Origin: Thermoanaerobaculia bacterium
GTDB lineage: Bacteria > Acidobacteriota > Thermoanaerobaculia > Multivoradales > Multivoraceae
Reading direction: 5' to 3'
DNA: 64,000 nucleotides
Assembly: GCA_963664405.1 (NCBI GenBank)
Contig: OY761158.1
Location: 5,088,001-5,152,000 of the forward strand
This document shows, piece by piece, positions 1-10,420 of this stretch. Within the stretch, counting starts at the first letter, position 1; each line of letters starts with the position of its first letter. The position numbers and the translations under genes are program-made. The notes below the pieces were generated by a model, which worked only from the letters and a program-made list of their open reading frames with translations, did no database searches and was not told the origin of the DNA.

Positions 1-139
1 ATCAGTCAGGAGCCCAATTCTCCTTCTCGTGGCGGGTCCAGGGCAAGTCCTACTTTTCTCTGCGATTGGCGCAGCACCTCGTGCGCGAAGCTATCAGGTA
101 GGATCGGCGGGACTCGAAGACTCCCCGAGGATCAATCGA

Positions 140-1780
140 ATGCTCTCGAAGGCTCTGCTCCGCACCCTCTTTCTCTCGCTGGTGGGATTGGCTCCGCTTA
201 CCCTGTCGGCTCAGCCTGATCTCGCACGAACGGATGATCGGGTCGACTACCGAACCCAGATCCGACCGCTCCTCGCCAGATACTGCTACGAATGTCACGG
301 CAGGGATCATGCCAAGCGAGAGGCCGATCTGAGGTTGGACGCTCAACGATACGCCTTCCGCGACCTCGGCGGCTATCGGACCATCGTGCCCGGAAAGCCG
401 CAGCAGAGCGAGCTCTACCTACGCGTGGCGTCCGAGTACGCCGAGACCCGAATGCCGCCTTACGAGGCCGGCACCCAGCTCGACGAGGAGGCCATCGATC
501 TCATCCGCCGCTGGATCGAAGAGGGAGCCGAATGGATCGACGACGATCGCGATCGGGTGCGGTCGAGCCAGCGGTCAGGGCGGCGGGCCGGCAAGCTGCC
601 CGACCAGCCCTTTCTCATCCACACCCACGACATCGCGGACGTGCGGGTGTCGGTGCTGGCTCGAGGTCTCTCCCACCCCTGGTCACTGGCCTTCCTGCCC
701 GGCGGTGACCTGCTGGTCACGGAGCGCAGCGGCAGCCTGCGTAGGGTCCACGACGGAGTGCTCGTGCCCGAGCCTGTCGCGGGATTGCCGACCGATGTGG
801 TCACCCAAGGTAGTGCCGGATTGATGGAGGTGGCGCTCCATCCCCGCTTCGACGACAACCGCTGGGTCTACCTGAGCTACACCCGCCAGCTCGACGAGAC
901 CACCGGCACGGTCGCCCTGATTCGCGGCCGTCTCGACGGCCTGGCTCTGCGTGACGTCGAAGACGTGTTCGTGGCCGAGCCTTGGCGCACCAGCGAGACT
1001 GGCGACACCGAGAGGCCGCAACGCCGCCTGCATCGCACAGCGGCGGCGCGGCTCGCCTTCGCACCGGACGGGACGCTCTTCATGACCATGGGCTGGACCT
1101 TCGGCGACCCGAGACCGAACGGAACAACCAGCCCCTCCGACTACCCCGTGCTCGCCCAGGATCTGAGCAGTCACGCCGGCAAGATCCTACGCCTCAACGA
1201 CGATGGCACAGTGCCGCGTGACAACCCCTTCGTTGGGCGCGAGGGAGCCAAGCCGGAGATCTACTCGATGGGGCATCGCAACCCGCAGGGGCTGGCCATC
1301 CATCCGCAGACCGGGGTGCTCTACGCCACCGAGCACGGAATGCAGGGCGGCGACGAGCTCAACGTCATCGAGGCGGGCGCCAACTATGGCTGGCCCCTCA
1401 TCTCCTACGGGCGCCTCTACGAAGGCCCGCGCATCTCCGAGCGGTTCTGGAAGGAGGGTATGAAGGAGCCGGCGGTGTTCTGGGTACCCTCGATCGGCCC
1501 GTCGGGTCTCGCCATTTACACCGGCGATCGCTTTCCCGACTGGAAGGGCAACCTCTTCGCCGGCTCCTTGAGGGAGGGCAGCATTTCGTACACCGGCCAC
1601 CTCGAGCGCATCGTCTTCAACAGAAGAGGCGAGGAGGTGAGGCGCGAGTCGCTCCTCACCGAGCTTCGTCAGCGCATCCGTGACGTGCGCCAGGGTCCCG
1701 ACGGACTGTTGTATCTGCTCACCGAAGAGAACGAAGCCGCGGTCCTGCGTCTCGAGCCAGTCGACAGCGGGGTCGAGTGA
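140..1780 (+). CDS. Secreted cytochrome c (planctomycete-type) fused to a PQQ-dependent glucose/sorbosone (aldose sugar) dehydrogenase
   Basis: Signal peptide from ATG 140; CYECH heme motif in VDYRTQIRPLL..CYECHG..DLRLD context; GSDH motifs GLSHPWSLAFLP, GKILRL, GHRNPQGL, GGDELN, GANYGWP, RIRDVRQGPDG. ORF track starts at 29. Confidence 0.88.
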   Translation: MLSKALLRTLFLSLVGLAPLTLSAQPDLARTDDRVDYRTQIRPLLARYCYECHGRDHAKREADLRLDAQRYAFRDLGGYRTIVPGKPQQSELYLRVASEYAETRMPPYEAGTQLDEEAIDLIRRWIEEGAEWIDDDRDRVRSSQRSGRRAGKLPDQPFLIHTHDIADVRVSVLARGLSHPWSLAFLPGGDLLVTERSGSLRRVHDGVLVPEPVAGLPTDVVTQGSAGLMEVALHPRFDDNRWVYLSYTRQLDETTGTVALIRGRLDGLALRDVEDVFVAEPWRTSETGDTERPQRRLHRTAAARLAFAPDGTLFMTMGWTFGDPRPNGTTSPSDYPVLAQDLSSHAGKILRLNDDGTVPRDNPFVGREGAKPEIYSMGHRNPQGLAIHPQTGVLYATEHGMQGGDELNVIEAGANYGWPLISYGRLYEGPRISERFWKEGMKEPAVFWVPSIGPSGLAIYTGDRFPDWKGNLFAGSLREGSISYTGHLERIVFNRRGEEVRRESLLTELRQRIRDVRQGPDGLLYLLTEENEAAVLRLEPVDSGVE

Positions 1781-1852
1781 GGAGGGCTGACCAGGCTGCC
1801 CGACTCGCGCTCGAGACCACGAAGCCCTGCTTCGCTGGTTGATTCGTCACGC

Positions 1853-3898
1853 TCAAGAGGAGGCGGGCAGCGCGAACGCCACCAACTGACCGATGACGCT
1901 GCCGCCACCGCCGGGGACTACGATGAACTGGCGGCCCTCGTGCATGTACGTGATGGGCACACTGTTGAGAGTGATGTCGGTCTTTACCTGCCCCAGCACT
2001 TTGCCCGTGAACTTGTCGTAGGCCACGAGGAAGCTCCCGTTCGGCCGGCTAGCGTCCCAACTCTCGAAGTTGCGCACATGAGTGATGAACAGGGTCTTGG
2101 TGAGGACGTGCCCACCGTAGGGGGTGCGCGGGACGATCTCGCCCAGAGGACCGAGATCGAGGTGCCGAATGGCGGGATGATCGGTCGGACCTCTACCCAA
2201 AGGAGCCTTCCAGAGATGCGCCCCCGTCTTCAGGTCGATCGCCGTGATCCGCCGCCAGGGAGGCTTGACCAGGGGCAGTCCCTGCGGCTTTCTGCTCCCA
2301 GGTTGCGAGTCCTTGACATATCTGAACTCGGTCCGCTCCGCGTCCGGCTTCACCACGCTCAGCGCCATGACCTTGGTGTGCGACTGCACGTATAGGATGC
2401 CAGTGAGGGGATCGACCGAAGCTCCCGGGTGACTGGATCCACCTGAGGCGCTGGGGAGTATGAGCGTCGCGATCTTGCCTCCTTCACCGGTGACGATCGT
2501 AGGGGCAAACATCGGCCCGAGAACGTACTGCTCGGCGATCTCGAGCGCCTCGCGGCGGAGCTCAGGAGTGAAGTCGATAAGATCGTCGACGCTCACCCCT
2601 TGGCGATCGAAGGCAGCCGGCTTGGTCGGAAAGGGCTGGGTCTTGGCGAGCCTCTCGCCCGGAACCGTGCTCTGCCCGACCGGTCGCTCTTCGATTGGCC
2701 ACAGAGGCTCGCCGGTCACCCGATCGAAGACATAGGCAAACGCCGTCTTCGACACCTGGGCCACCGCCTTTCTCAGCCGGCCGTCGACCACCACATCGAC
2801 GAGAACCGGAGCCGAGGCGATGTCGTAGTCCCAGATGCCGTGATGCACGGTCTGGAAGTGCCACACGCGCTCGCCCGTCTCCGCGTCGACACAGACCAGG
2901 CTCTCGGCGTAGACATTGTCGCCGTGACGGTCGCCGCCCCAATAGTCGCTCGACGGGGTGCTGGTGCCGAAATAGACATAGCCCAGCTCCTCGTCGGCGG
3001 CGAGCGGCGCCCAGACGTTGGTGTTGCCCATCCACTTCCACGAGTCGTTCTCCCAAGTCTCGGTGAACGCCTCGCCTTCCTCGGGGATGGTGTTGAAGCG
3101 CCACTTCTGCTCGCCGGTGCGTACATCGTAGGCACGCACGTGGCCCGGCGGAATGTTGTGCTTTTGCAGGGGAACGTCGAAGATCCTCGAGCCGACGATG
3201 TAGGTGTCGCCGACCACGATCCCCGGCGATCCGGCGCTGATGTTGGTCAGGAGGATCTGCTCACGTCCGAGAAAGTCTCGCGACATGTCGACGATGCCGT
3301 CCTCACCGAAGGCGGAGTCAGGTCGTCCGGTCTCGAGATCGACCGATACCAGCTGCTTGCCGGCGGTAGCAAAGAGAATGCGCTCTTCTCCACCGGCCTG
3401 GCCGGCGACCCCATCCGTCCAGTACGCGATGCCCCGCGGCGAAGTGTAGGCCCGCGCCTTCGGACGCTCGTAGCTCTTCGGGTCGTAAAGCCACAGCTCC
3501 TCACCGGTGCCGGCGTCGAGAGCCGCGAGCTGCCATCGGGTGGTGATCATGTAGACGCGACCACCGATCATCAGCGCTGAGCCCCCCAATCCCGGATGCC
3601 TAGGCGCCGATGCCGACCGCCCACCTGCCTCACGTCCTCTTCCTGCCGCCCGAGCTTCGCGGCCTCCACCGCGAGCCGGAGCTTGTCCTCGAGGAGTCTC
3701 CTCTAGGCGGCTATCGGCAGTCTCCCAGCGCCAGGCCACCTCGAGCTGCGAGAAGTTCGTGGCGTCGATCTGATGGAGCGGTGAGTAGCGGGTGAAGGAA
3801 GGGTCGCCGCCATGGTGCCGCCACTCGCCGCCGGCAGCACCTGGCTGCGCCGAAGCGGAGGTCGCCACCAAAGCACAGATCAAGACCAGCCTCAACAT
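1853..3898 (-). CDS. Periplasmic PQQ-dependent dehydrogenase (quinoprotein glucose dehydrogenase-like, no membrane anchor)
   Basis: RYSPLHQI, GHVRAYDVRTG, GNTNVWAP, WHFQTVHHGIWDYD, WPIEERPV, QPFPTKP; signal peptide MLRLVLICALVATSASA. Confidence 0.88.
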   Translation of the reverse strand: MLRLVLICALVATSASAQPGAAGGEWRHHGGDPSFTRYSPLHQIDATNFSQLEVAWRWETADSRLEETPRGQAPARGGGREARAAGRGREAGGRSASAPRHPGLGGSALMIGGRVYMITTRWQLAALDAGTGEELWLYDPKSYERPKARAYTSPRGIAYWTDGVAGQAGGEERILFATAGKQLVSVDLETGRPDSAFGEDGIVDMSRDFLGREQILLTNISAGSPGIVVGDTYIVGSRIFDVPLQKHNIPPGHVRAYDVRTGEQKWRFNTIPEEGEAFTETWENDSWKWMGNTNVWAPLAADEELGYVYFGTSTPSSDYWGGDRHGDNVYAESLVCVDAETGERVWHFQTVHHGIWDYDIASAPVLVDVVVDGRLRKAVAQVSKTAFAYVFDRVTGEPLWPIEERPVGQSTVPGERLAKTQPFPTKPAAFDRQGVSVDDLIDFTPELRREALEIAEQYVLGPMFAPTIVTGEGGKIATLILPSASGGSSHPGASVDPLTGILYVQSHTKVMALSVVKPDAERTEFRYVKDSQPGSRKPQGLPLVKPPWRRITAIDLKTGAHLWKAPLGRGPTDHPAIRHLDLGPLGEIVPRTPYGGHVLTKTLFITHVRNFESWDASRPNGSFLVAYDKFTGKVLGQVKTDITLNSVPITYMHEGRQFIVVPGGGGSVIGQLVAFALPASS

Positions 3899-4012
3899 GT
3901 ACCCCCGTTCGCGGACTTTGTCATGCAGACTGATGCATCCGTTGGCGAGGTATTGCATGCACTCGGTTTTGGCGAAAAGGGGACTGTGCCCTTGCCCAGA
4001 CTCGAGGCAAGT

Positions 4013-6238
4013 CTAGCGGTTTGTCAAAGGGTCGACCCGCTGCAGCGCCGCACGAGTGAGAATGCGCAACTGGTCCACGCCGTCGCCGCCTGCTCGAGTG
4101 TCGACGATGATCTTCTTCCCGCCCTCGAGCACCGCCCAGCCATCGAAGTCGGGCTCACCGACCAGCGTTCCTCGATCGCTCGAAGTCCCGAAGTCGGGGT
4201 TGGCAAAGGCGAGAAAGTCACTGCCGCTCAAGCTCGCCGAGCTCGCAGCCACACCCACGATCGGATCATCGAGCTCGATCTCCACTCCGTCGAGGTCGGT
4301 CGCAGCCTTCGGGGCGAAGTGAAAGAGATAGCTGTGCACGACCGTACCCGAAGGTATCGTCGCTCCCGCCGGAAGGTTACCGGCATCGTAAGCGGCGGCG
4401 GCACCGTCACTATCGACCCTCAGATCCTCCTCGAGGGTCGCGAACTGCCGCTCGACCACCAGCTCCGGCCGGTCGGCGGCGGTGCGGCGACTCGCCGATA
4501 GATCGTCGGGGACGGTCTCGTCGTCGGTGTCGCCGAGAATGTCTACGCCCTCCGCGGCCGCGATGCGGGTGTCGTAATCGGCACCGTCGCGACTGGCGGC
4601 GGACTCGACCTCGAACCAGACGGTGATGTCCTCCAGCAGCGACGCGAAGAGCTGCTGGACCTCCGCCTGCTTCGAGGCGATGTCGGCGCTGGTGGCGACA
4701 GGGGTCGTCTCCCGCGGATCTTCGATCAGATCGTAGAGCTCCCACTCCCTGCCGCTGGTCTCGGAGATCAGCTTGTAGCGATCATCGATGATCGAGCGTC
4801 CGCCGCCCACCCTCTGTACCGTTCCGCCACGTCCTGCCAGCCGGCTGTCGCAGTCGCGGGGCTCGTCGGGGCCGCGGTCGGTCGTCGAGTCCCCACAGTC
4901 TTCCCACTCGATTCGGTGGGAGCGCTTGGCCGAGCGATCACCGAAGAGCACCTCGGTCATCGACTCGCCGTCGAGCGGCCGGGCGTCGGGCATCTCCACT
5001 CCCCAGATATCCAATAACGTTGGCAAGTAATCGCTGGTGATCATCGGCGTATGAGTCTCCCCCGGGGCGATCTGCCCCGGCCACTCGATGATGCCGGGCA
5101 CCCGGACCCCACCCTCCCAGAGCTCGCCCTTGTGCCCGCGCAGGCGCCCGGTGCCCTCGCTGGGATCGTCGACTCTCACCGATCCCGACATACCGTTGTC
5201 CGAAGTGAAGGCCACGAGAGTTTCTCTTTCGATGCCGCGACTGCGCAGCTGCGAGCGCAGACGACCGATCTCCCTGTCTAGCGCGGTGATGCCCGAGTAG
5301 TACGGTCGCTCGTAATCATTCATCTCGTCGCGCTCTTCGGCCGCATAGAGCTCATTCAGAGTTTCCGGGTGGAGGCGGTGCGGCCCGTGCGGTGGATGGA
5401 ACCAGATGACGGCGAAGAAAGGCCGGTCGGCTGCCTTGGCATCGTCGATGAATTGCAGGGTCTCGCGGACGAGGATCGCCGAGGAGTCGCCCCGTAGCTC
5501 TTCCGAGTCGATGTCGACGTACTCCCGGTGGCCGGTAAAGTAATGACCCCCGTGAAAGTTGCCCTCACTGGGGAGCAGCCCTGCCGGATCCCTGCGCATC
5601 GGCTCGAAGGTCGGCAACGCCTGCGGGCTGGCGAAGCTACGGTCGTAGCCGTGGTGCCACGGCGCCGAATAGAACTGGCCACCGGTGGTACCTTGGCATC
5701 CAGGTGGCCTCGACCGGCGGCTGTCACCGGCGCAGCGGGCGAAGTCACCTCCGCCCCTCTCGCTTGCCTTGTCGAGATTGCCCAGGTGCCACTTGCCGAA
5801 GTGCCCGGTCATGTAGCCCTGGGTCTTGGCGACTTCGGCGATGGTCAGCTCGAGGTTGCGCAGGCCTCCATTGTAGGCCCAGTCGATTCCGGTTCTCCGT
5901 GAAGCACGACCGATGACGAAGGAGGCCCGCGTCGGGCTGCATACCGAGCCGCCGGAGTACATGCGATGGAATTGCAGCCCCTCTGCAGCCATCGCCCGGA
6001 GGTTAGGGGTTTTGACTTCGGTATGGCCCGGGTAGACATCACCGGGGGCGCGCTGCTGTGGGTACTCGACGTGGCCCCAGCCCTGATCGTCGCTCATCAT
6101 CAGAATCACGTTGGGCCGCGACGGCCGCGAGGGCGCCGGTTGCGATCGCGACGTCGCTTCCTCGGTCGGCGGAGCCGCGCAGCCCAGGAGAGAGAGACCG
6201 ACCGCAAGAATCGCCACCAGCGCCGGCACCTTCTTCAC
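4013..6238 (-). CDS. Lipoprotein sulfatase with extra C-terminal beta domain
   Basis: Lipobox LLGC; SDDQG, CSPTRAS (CxPxR), GKWHLG, TSDNG, EGGVRVP; GTGA overlap with upstream paralogue. Confidence 0.9.
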   Translation of the reverse strand: MKKVPALVAILAVGLSLLGCAAPPTEEATSRSQPAPSRPSRPNVILMMSDDQGWGHVEYPQQRAPGDVYPGHTEVKTPNLRAMAAEGLQFHRMYSGGSVCSPTRASFVIGRASRRTGIDWAYNGGLRNLELTIAEVAKTQGYMTGHFGKWHLGNLDKASERGGGDFARCAGDSRRSRPPGCQGTTGGQFYSAPWHHGYDRSFASPQALPTFEPMRRDPAGLLPSEGNFHGGHYFTGHREYVDIDSEELRGDSSAILVRETLQFIDDAKAADRPFFAVIWFHPPHGPHRLHPETLNELYAAEERDEMNDYERPYYSGITALDREIGRLRSQLRSRGIERETLVAFTSDNGMSGSVRVDDPSEGTGRLRGHKGELWEGGVRVPGIIEWPGQIAPGETHTPMITSDYLPTLLDIWGVEMPDARPLDGESMTEVLFGDRSAKRSHRIEWEDCGDSTTDRGPDEPRDCDSRLAGRGGTVQRVGGGRSIIDDRYKLISETSGREWELYDLIEDPRETTPVATSADIASKQAEVQQLFASLLEDITVWFEVESAASRDGADYDTRIAAAEGVDILGDTDDETVPDDLSASRRTAADRPELVVERQFATLEEDLRVDSDGAAAAYDAGNLPAGATIPSGTVVHSYLFHFAPKAATDLDGVEIELDDPIVGVAASSASLSGSDFLAFANPDFGTSSDRGTLVGEPDFDGWAVLEGGKKIIVDTRAGGDGVDQLRILTRAALQRVDPLTNR

Positions 6239-8388
6239 CTTACTCGCTGCAGCGCCGCACGGGTGAGAATGCGCAACTGGTCCACGCCGTCGCCGCCGGC
6301 TCGAGTATCGACGATGATCTTCTTCCCGCCCTCGAGCACCTTCCAGCCATCGAAGTCGGGCTCACCGACCAGCGTTCCGCGATCGCTCGAAGTCCCGAAG
6401 TCGGGGTCGGCAAAGGCGAGAAAGTCACTGCCGCTCAAGCTCGCCGCGCCCGCGGCCACGCCCACGATGGGATCATCGAGCTCGATCTCCACTCCGCCGA
6501 GGTCGGTCGCAGCCTTCGGGGCGAAGTGAAAGAGATAGCTGTGGACGACCGTACCCGAGGGTATCGTCGCTCCCGCCGGAAGGTTACCGGCATCGTAGGC
6601 GGTGGCGGTACCGTCGCTGTCGACCCTCAGGTCCTCTTCGAGGGTCGCGAACTGCCGTTCGACCACCAGCTCCGGCCGGTCGGCGGCGGTGCGGCGACTC
6701 GCCGACAGATCGTCGGGGACGGTAGGGTCGCCGATATCGCCAAGAATGTCGACGCTCTCGGCTGCCGCGATGCGGGTGTCGAAGTCGGCGCCGGCGTAGC
6801 TTGCGGCGGACTCGACTTCGAACCACCGGGTGATCTGCTCCTGGAGCGAGGCAAAGAGGCTCTGGATCTCCGCCGGCTTGGAGGCGATGTCGGCGCTGGT
6901 GGCGACAGGGGTATCCTCCCGCGGGTCTTCGAGCAGGTCGTAGAGCTCCCAATCCCTGCCGCTGGTCACGGAGATCAACTTGTAGCGCTCGTCCATGATC
7001 GAGCGATCGCCGCCGACCTGGCTCAAACCCCGCCCACCGCGACCCCGGCCGGCGCTGTCGCAGTCGTCGGGCTCGCCCTCGCCGCGCACGGGAACGCGGT
7101 CTCCACAGTTGTCGAACTCGATGCGCTTGGAGCGCCGCGCCGTACGATCGCCGAAAAGAACTTCGGTCATCGACTCGCCGTCCAGCGGGCGCGCGTCGGG
7201 CATCTCCACTCCCCAAATGTCCGCGAGCGTCGGCAGGTAGTCGCTGGTGATCATCGGCGTATCGGTAGTGCCGGGGGTGATGCGACCCGGCCACTCGATG
7301 ATGCCAGGCACCCGCACCCCACCCTCCCAGATCGAGCCCTTGAAACCACGAAGGCCACCCTTACCCTCGCTCTTGTAGTCCATCCTCACCGAGCCCGAGA
7401 GACCGTTGTCGGAGGTGAAGGTCACCAGGGTGTCTTTCTCGATGCCACGACTTCGCAGGTACGCCCGCAAGCGGCCGATCTCCTTATCCATGGCGGTGAT
7501 GCCGGAGTAGTAGCGGGCCTCGTACTCGTTCCACGTCGACTGCTCTTCGGGCGTGTAGAACTCGTCCAGGGTGGCCTGGTCGAGGCGATGCGGCACATGC
7601 GGGGGGTGAAACCAGATGACGGCGAGAAAGGGGCGGCCGGCGGCGGTGGCATCGTCGATGAATCGCATCGCTTCGCGCACCAGGATCGCCGAGGCGTCGC
7701 CGCGCAGCTCCGCGGCGTCGGGATCGACGTGCTCTCCCGGGCCGGTGTAGTAGCGACCGCCGTGAAAGTTACCTTCGCTGGGAAGGGGGCCCAGCGGATT
7801 CCCCTTCATCGGCTCGAAGGTCGGCAGTGCCTGCTCGCTGGCGAAGACGCGGTCATAGCCGTGGCTCCAGGGAGGCGAGTAGAACTCACCACCATTCCTG
7901 TCCTGGAGCGTCTTGGAGAGATCGCCGAGGTGCCACTTGCCGAAGTGCCCGGTCATATAGCCCTGCGTCTTGGCGATCTCGGCGAGGGTCAGCTCGAGGT
8001 TCCTCATCCCCCCGCTGTAGGCCATCTCGATGGCGTTGCGCCGCGGCGCGCGGCCGGTGATGAAAGAGGCGCGGGTCGGGCTGCAGTTCGACCCGGCCGA
8101 GTACATGCGATGAAACTTGAGCCCGGCTTGGGCCATCGCCGCCAGCTCGGGGGTCTTGAGCTCGGGGTGGCCCGGGTAGACATCGCCGGGGGCGCGCTCC
8201 TGGGCGTACTCGACATCACCCCAGCCCTGATCGTCGCTCAACATCAAGATGATGTTGGGCCGCGACAGAAGCGACGATGCCTGCTCGGACGAAGACGCAG
8301 CCTCCTCGGCCGGCGGCGCCGCGCAACAGGTGAGTGCGACGGCGAGCAACAGGATCAGCGACTGCAGAGGTGTGGTTCCAACGCGCAT
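6235..8388 (-). CDS. Lipoprotein sulfatase, tandem paralogue of 4013-6238
   Basis: Same motifs (CSPTRAS, GKWHLG); probable start MRVGTT 7 nt after the upstream stop, preceded by GAGGAAGG. Confidence 0.9.
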   Translation of the reverse strand: MRVGTTPLQSLILLLAVALTCCAAPPAEEAASSSEQASSLLSRPNIILMLSDDQGWGDVEYAQERAPGDVYPGHPELKTPELAAMAQAGLKFHRMYSAGSNCSPTRASFITGRAPRRNAIEMAYSGGMRNLELTLAEIAKTQGYMTGHFGKWHLGDLSKTLQDRNGGEFYSPPWSHGYDRVFASEQALPTFEPMKGNPLGPLPSEGNFHGGRYYTGPGEHVDPDAAELRGDASAILVREAMRFIDDATAAGRPFLAVIWFHPPHVPHRLDQATLDEFYTPEEQSTWNEYEARYYSGITAMDKEIGRLRAYLRSRGIEKDTLVTFTSDNGLSGSVRMDYKSEGKGGLRGFKGSIWEGGVRVPGIIEWPGRITPGTTDTPMITSDYLPTLADIWGVEMPDARPLDGESMTEVLFGDRTARRSKRIEFDNCGDRVPVRGEGEPDDCDSAGRGRGGRGLSQVGGDRSIMDERYKLISVTSGRDWELYDLLEDPREDTPVATSADIASKPAEIQSLFASLQEQITRWFEVESAASYAGADFDTRIAAAESVDILGDIGDPTVPDDLSASRRTAADRPELVVERQFATLEEDLRVDSDGTATAYDAGNLPAGATIPSGTVVHSYLFHFAPKAATDLGGVEIELDDPIVGVAAGAASLSGSDFLAFADPDFGTSSDRGTLVGEPDFDGWKVLEGGKKIIVDTRAGGDGVDQLRILTRAALQRVR

Positions 8389-8395
8389 GCCTTCC

Positions 8396-10420
8396 TCATT
8401 TCTCGTTCGGCAGGGCGAACGCCACCACCTGCGCGATTTCCGGCTCACCGCGCAATCCCCTGCCGCGCACCGTGCCACCCGCCGGCACGACGATGTACTG
8501 GCGGCCCTCCTGCATGTAGGTCATCGGCACGCCATGCAAGGTCGCCTCGGTCTCCACCTCCGCCAGCACCTTCCCGGTGGCCTTGTCGTAAGCCTGGAGG
8601 TAGCTGCCTTTGGCCCCCGGAGCGTCCCAGCTCGCCCACTTCGGCACATAGGTGATGAGCAGCGTGCGGGTGATCAGAAACCCGCCCTCCCGGTTGCCGC
8701 TCGAGTGGCGACTTCCCAGCGGGCCGAGATTCAGGTGCTTGATGGCAGGGTGGTCGGTCGGGCCCTCGCCGAGGGGCACCATCCAGGCGTGCTCACCGGT
8801 TTTGAGATCGATGGCCGTGATGCGCCGGTAGGGAGGCTTGAGGAGTGGCAGCCCCTGCGGCCCTCTCCCACCGCCACCACGGCTCACCCATCTCCACTCG
8901 CTGCGCGTCGGGTCCGGTGGCGCGACCGCCAGGGCGGTGGGCTGCGTCGCCGACTGTACGTAGAGGATGCCGGTCACGGGATCGAGAGAGGCCCCGGGAT
9001 GGTTCGCTCCGCCCGCCATTCCCGGCACCGACAGCGCCCCCGTCTTGCCCCCTTCCTCCTTGACGATGGGAGGAAGGAACATCGGTCCAAGCACGAGCTT
9101 CTTAGCGATCTCGAGCGCCTCCTGCCTCAGCTCGGGGGTGAAGTCGATCAGATCGTCGACGGTCGCGCCCTGGCGATCGAAAGCCGCCGGCTTGGTGGGA
9201 AAAGGTTGGGTGGCGGCCGTCCACTCACCTGGCACCGTGGTCTGGGGAACCGGACGCTCTTCGATCGGCCAGATCGGCTCCCCCGTAACCCGGTCGAAGA
9301 CGTAGGTGAACGCCGTTTTCGACACCTGGGCCACGATCTTGCGGAGCTTGCCCTCGATCACCACATCGAGGAGATTGGGGGCCGAGGCGATATCCCAGTC
9401 CCAGATACCGTGATGCACCCCCTGGAAGTGCCAGATGCGCTCGCCGGTCTCGGCGTCGAGGCAGAGCAGGCTCTCGGCGTAGAGGTTGTCGCCGGGTCGA
9501 TGGCCACCCCAGAGATTGCCGGTCGGCGTAGTGGTGGGGATGTAGACATAGCCTAGCTCTTCGTCGCCGGCCATCGCTCCCCACACGTTGGTGCCGCCCA
9601 GCCACTTCCAGGAATCGTTGTGCCAGGTCTCGGTGAACTCCTCGCCCTCTTGCGGAATGGTGTTGAAGCGCCACTTCTGCTTGCCGGTGCGCACGTCGTA
9701 AGCACGCACGTGTCCGGGAGGGAGGCCAGACTTATTGGCGGGCGCGTCGGCGATTCTCGAGCCTACGATGTAGGTGTCGCGGATCACGATCCCCGGCGAG
9801 CCGGCGCTGATGTCGCGCAGAACGATCTCTTCGCGCCCCAGCATGTCGCGCGACATGTCGACGATGCCGTCTTCGCCGAAGGCCGGGTCGGGTTTGCCGG
9901 TCGCAAGGTCAAGGGAGATCAGCTGCTTGCCACCGGTGGCGAAAATGAGGCGCTCCTCCTCGCCGTCGGTCCAGTACTCGAGGCCCCGGGGAGTGGCTCC
10001 ATAGCCCTGCGCCAGCTCATAGCTCTTCGGGTCGTAGACCCACAGCTCCTCACCCGTGCCGGCGTCGAGAGCAGCGATCAGCCAGCGATTGGTCGCCATG
10101 TAGACCCGGCCATCGATCATCAGCGCCGAGCCCCTGAAGGTGCCCGACCCGTCGTCTGCCCCGCCACGAGTGGGTGAGGATCCGGCGAGCGCGCTAAGGC
10201 GGTGATCGGCAGATTCCCAGGCCCAGGCCAGCTCGAGCTTGGGGAAGTTGGCTGCGTCGATCTGATCGAGCGCCGAGTAGCGGGTAAAGGCGTGGTCGCC
10301 ACCATGGTGACGCCATTCCGCGTCAGCCGCTCCTGGCTGCGCTGAAGCGGAAGTCGCCGTAAACACGCAGATCAGCGCGGGTATCAGCATGCCTCGCGTC
10401 GATGGTCGCCTCACGCTCAT
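8396..10420 (-). CDS. Periplasmic PQQ-dependent dehydrogenase
   Basis: RYSALDQI, HHGIWDWD, QPFPTKP; paralogue of 1853-3898; ATGA overlap (alternative start 10390). Confidence 0.88.
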   Translation of the reverse strand: MSVRRPSTRGMLIPALICVFTATSASAQPGAADAEWRHHGGDHAFTRYSALDQIDAANFPKLELAWAWESADHRLSALAGSSPTRGGADDGSGTFRGSALMIDGRVYMATNRWLIAALDAGTGEELWVYDPKSYELAQGYGATPRGLEYWTDGEEERLIFATGGKQLISLDLATGKPDPAFGEDGIVDMSRDMLGREEIVLRDISAGSPGIVIRDTYIVGSRIADAPANKSGLPPGHVRAYDVRTGKQKWRFNTIPQEGEEFTETWHNDSWKWLGGTNVWGAMAGDEELGYVYIPTTTPTGNLWGGHRPGDNLYAESLLCLDAETGERIWHFQGVHHGIWDWDIASAPNLLDVVIEGKLRKIVAQVSKTAFTYVFDRVTGEPIWPIEERPVPQTTVPGEWTAATQPFPTKPAAFDRQGATVDDLIDFTPELRQEALEIAKKLVLGPMFLPPIVKEEGGKTGALSVPGMAGGANHPGASLDPVTGILYVQSATQPTALAVAPPDPTRSEWRWVSRGGGGRGPQGLPLLKPPYRRITAIDLKTGEHAWMVPLGEGPTDHPAIKHLNLGPLGSRHSSGNREGGFLITRTLLITYVPKWASWDAPGAKGSYLQAYDKATGKVLAEVETEATLHGVPMTYMQEGRQYIVVPAGGTVRGRGLRGEPEIAQVVAFALPNEK

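Noticed and set aside
4038-6723. Diversity-generating retroelement template/variable repeat pair
   Set aside because: Both copies are coding, differences are not adenine-specific, and there is no reverse transcriptase
6058-8655. Long + strand ORFs antisense to real genes (also 22935-25154, 2600-3580)
   Set aside because: Shadow frames of high-GC coding sequence, with no motifs
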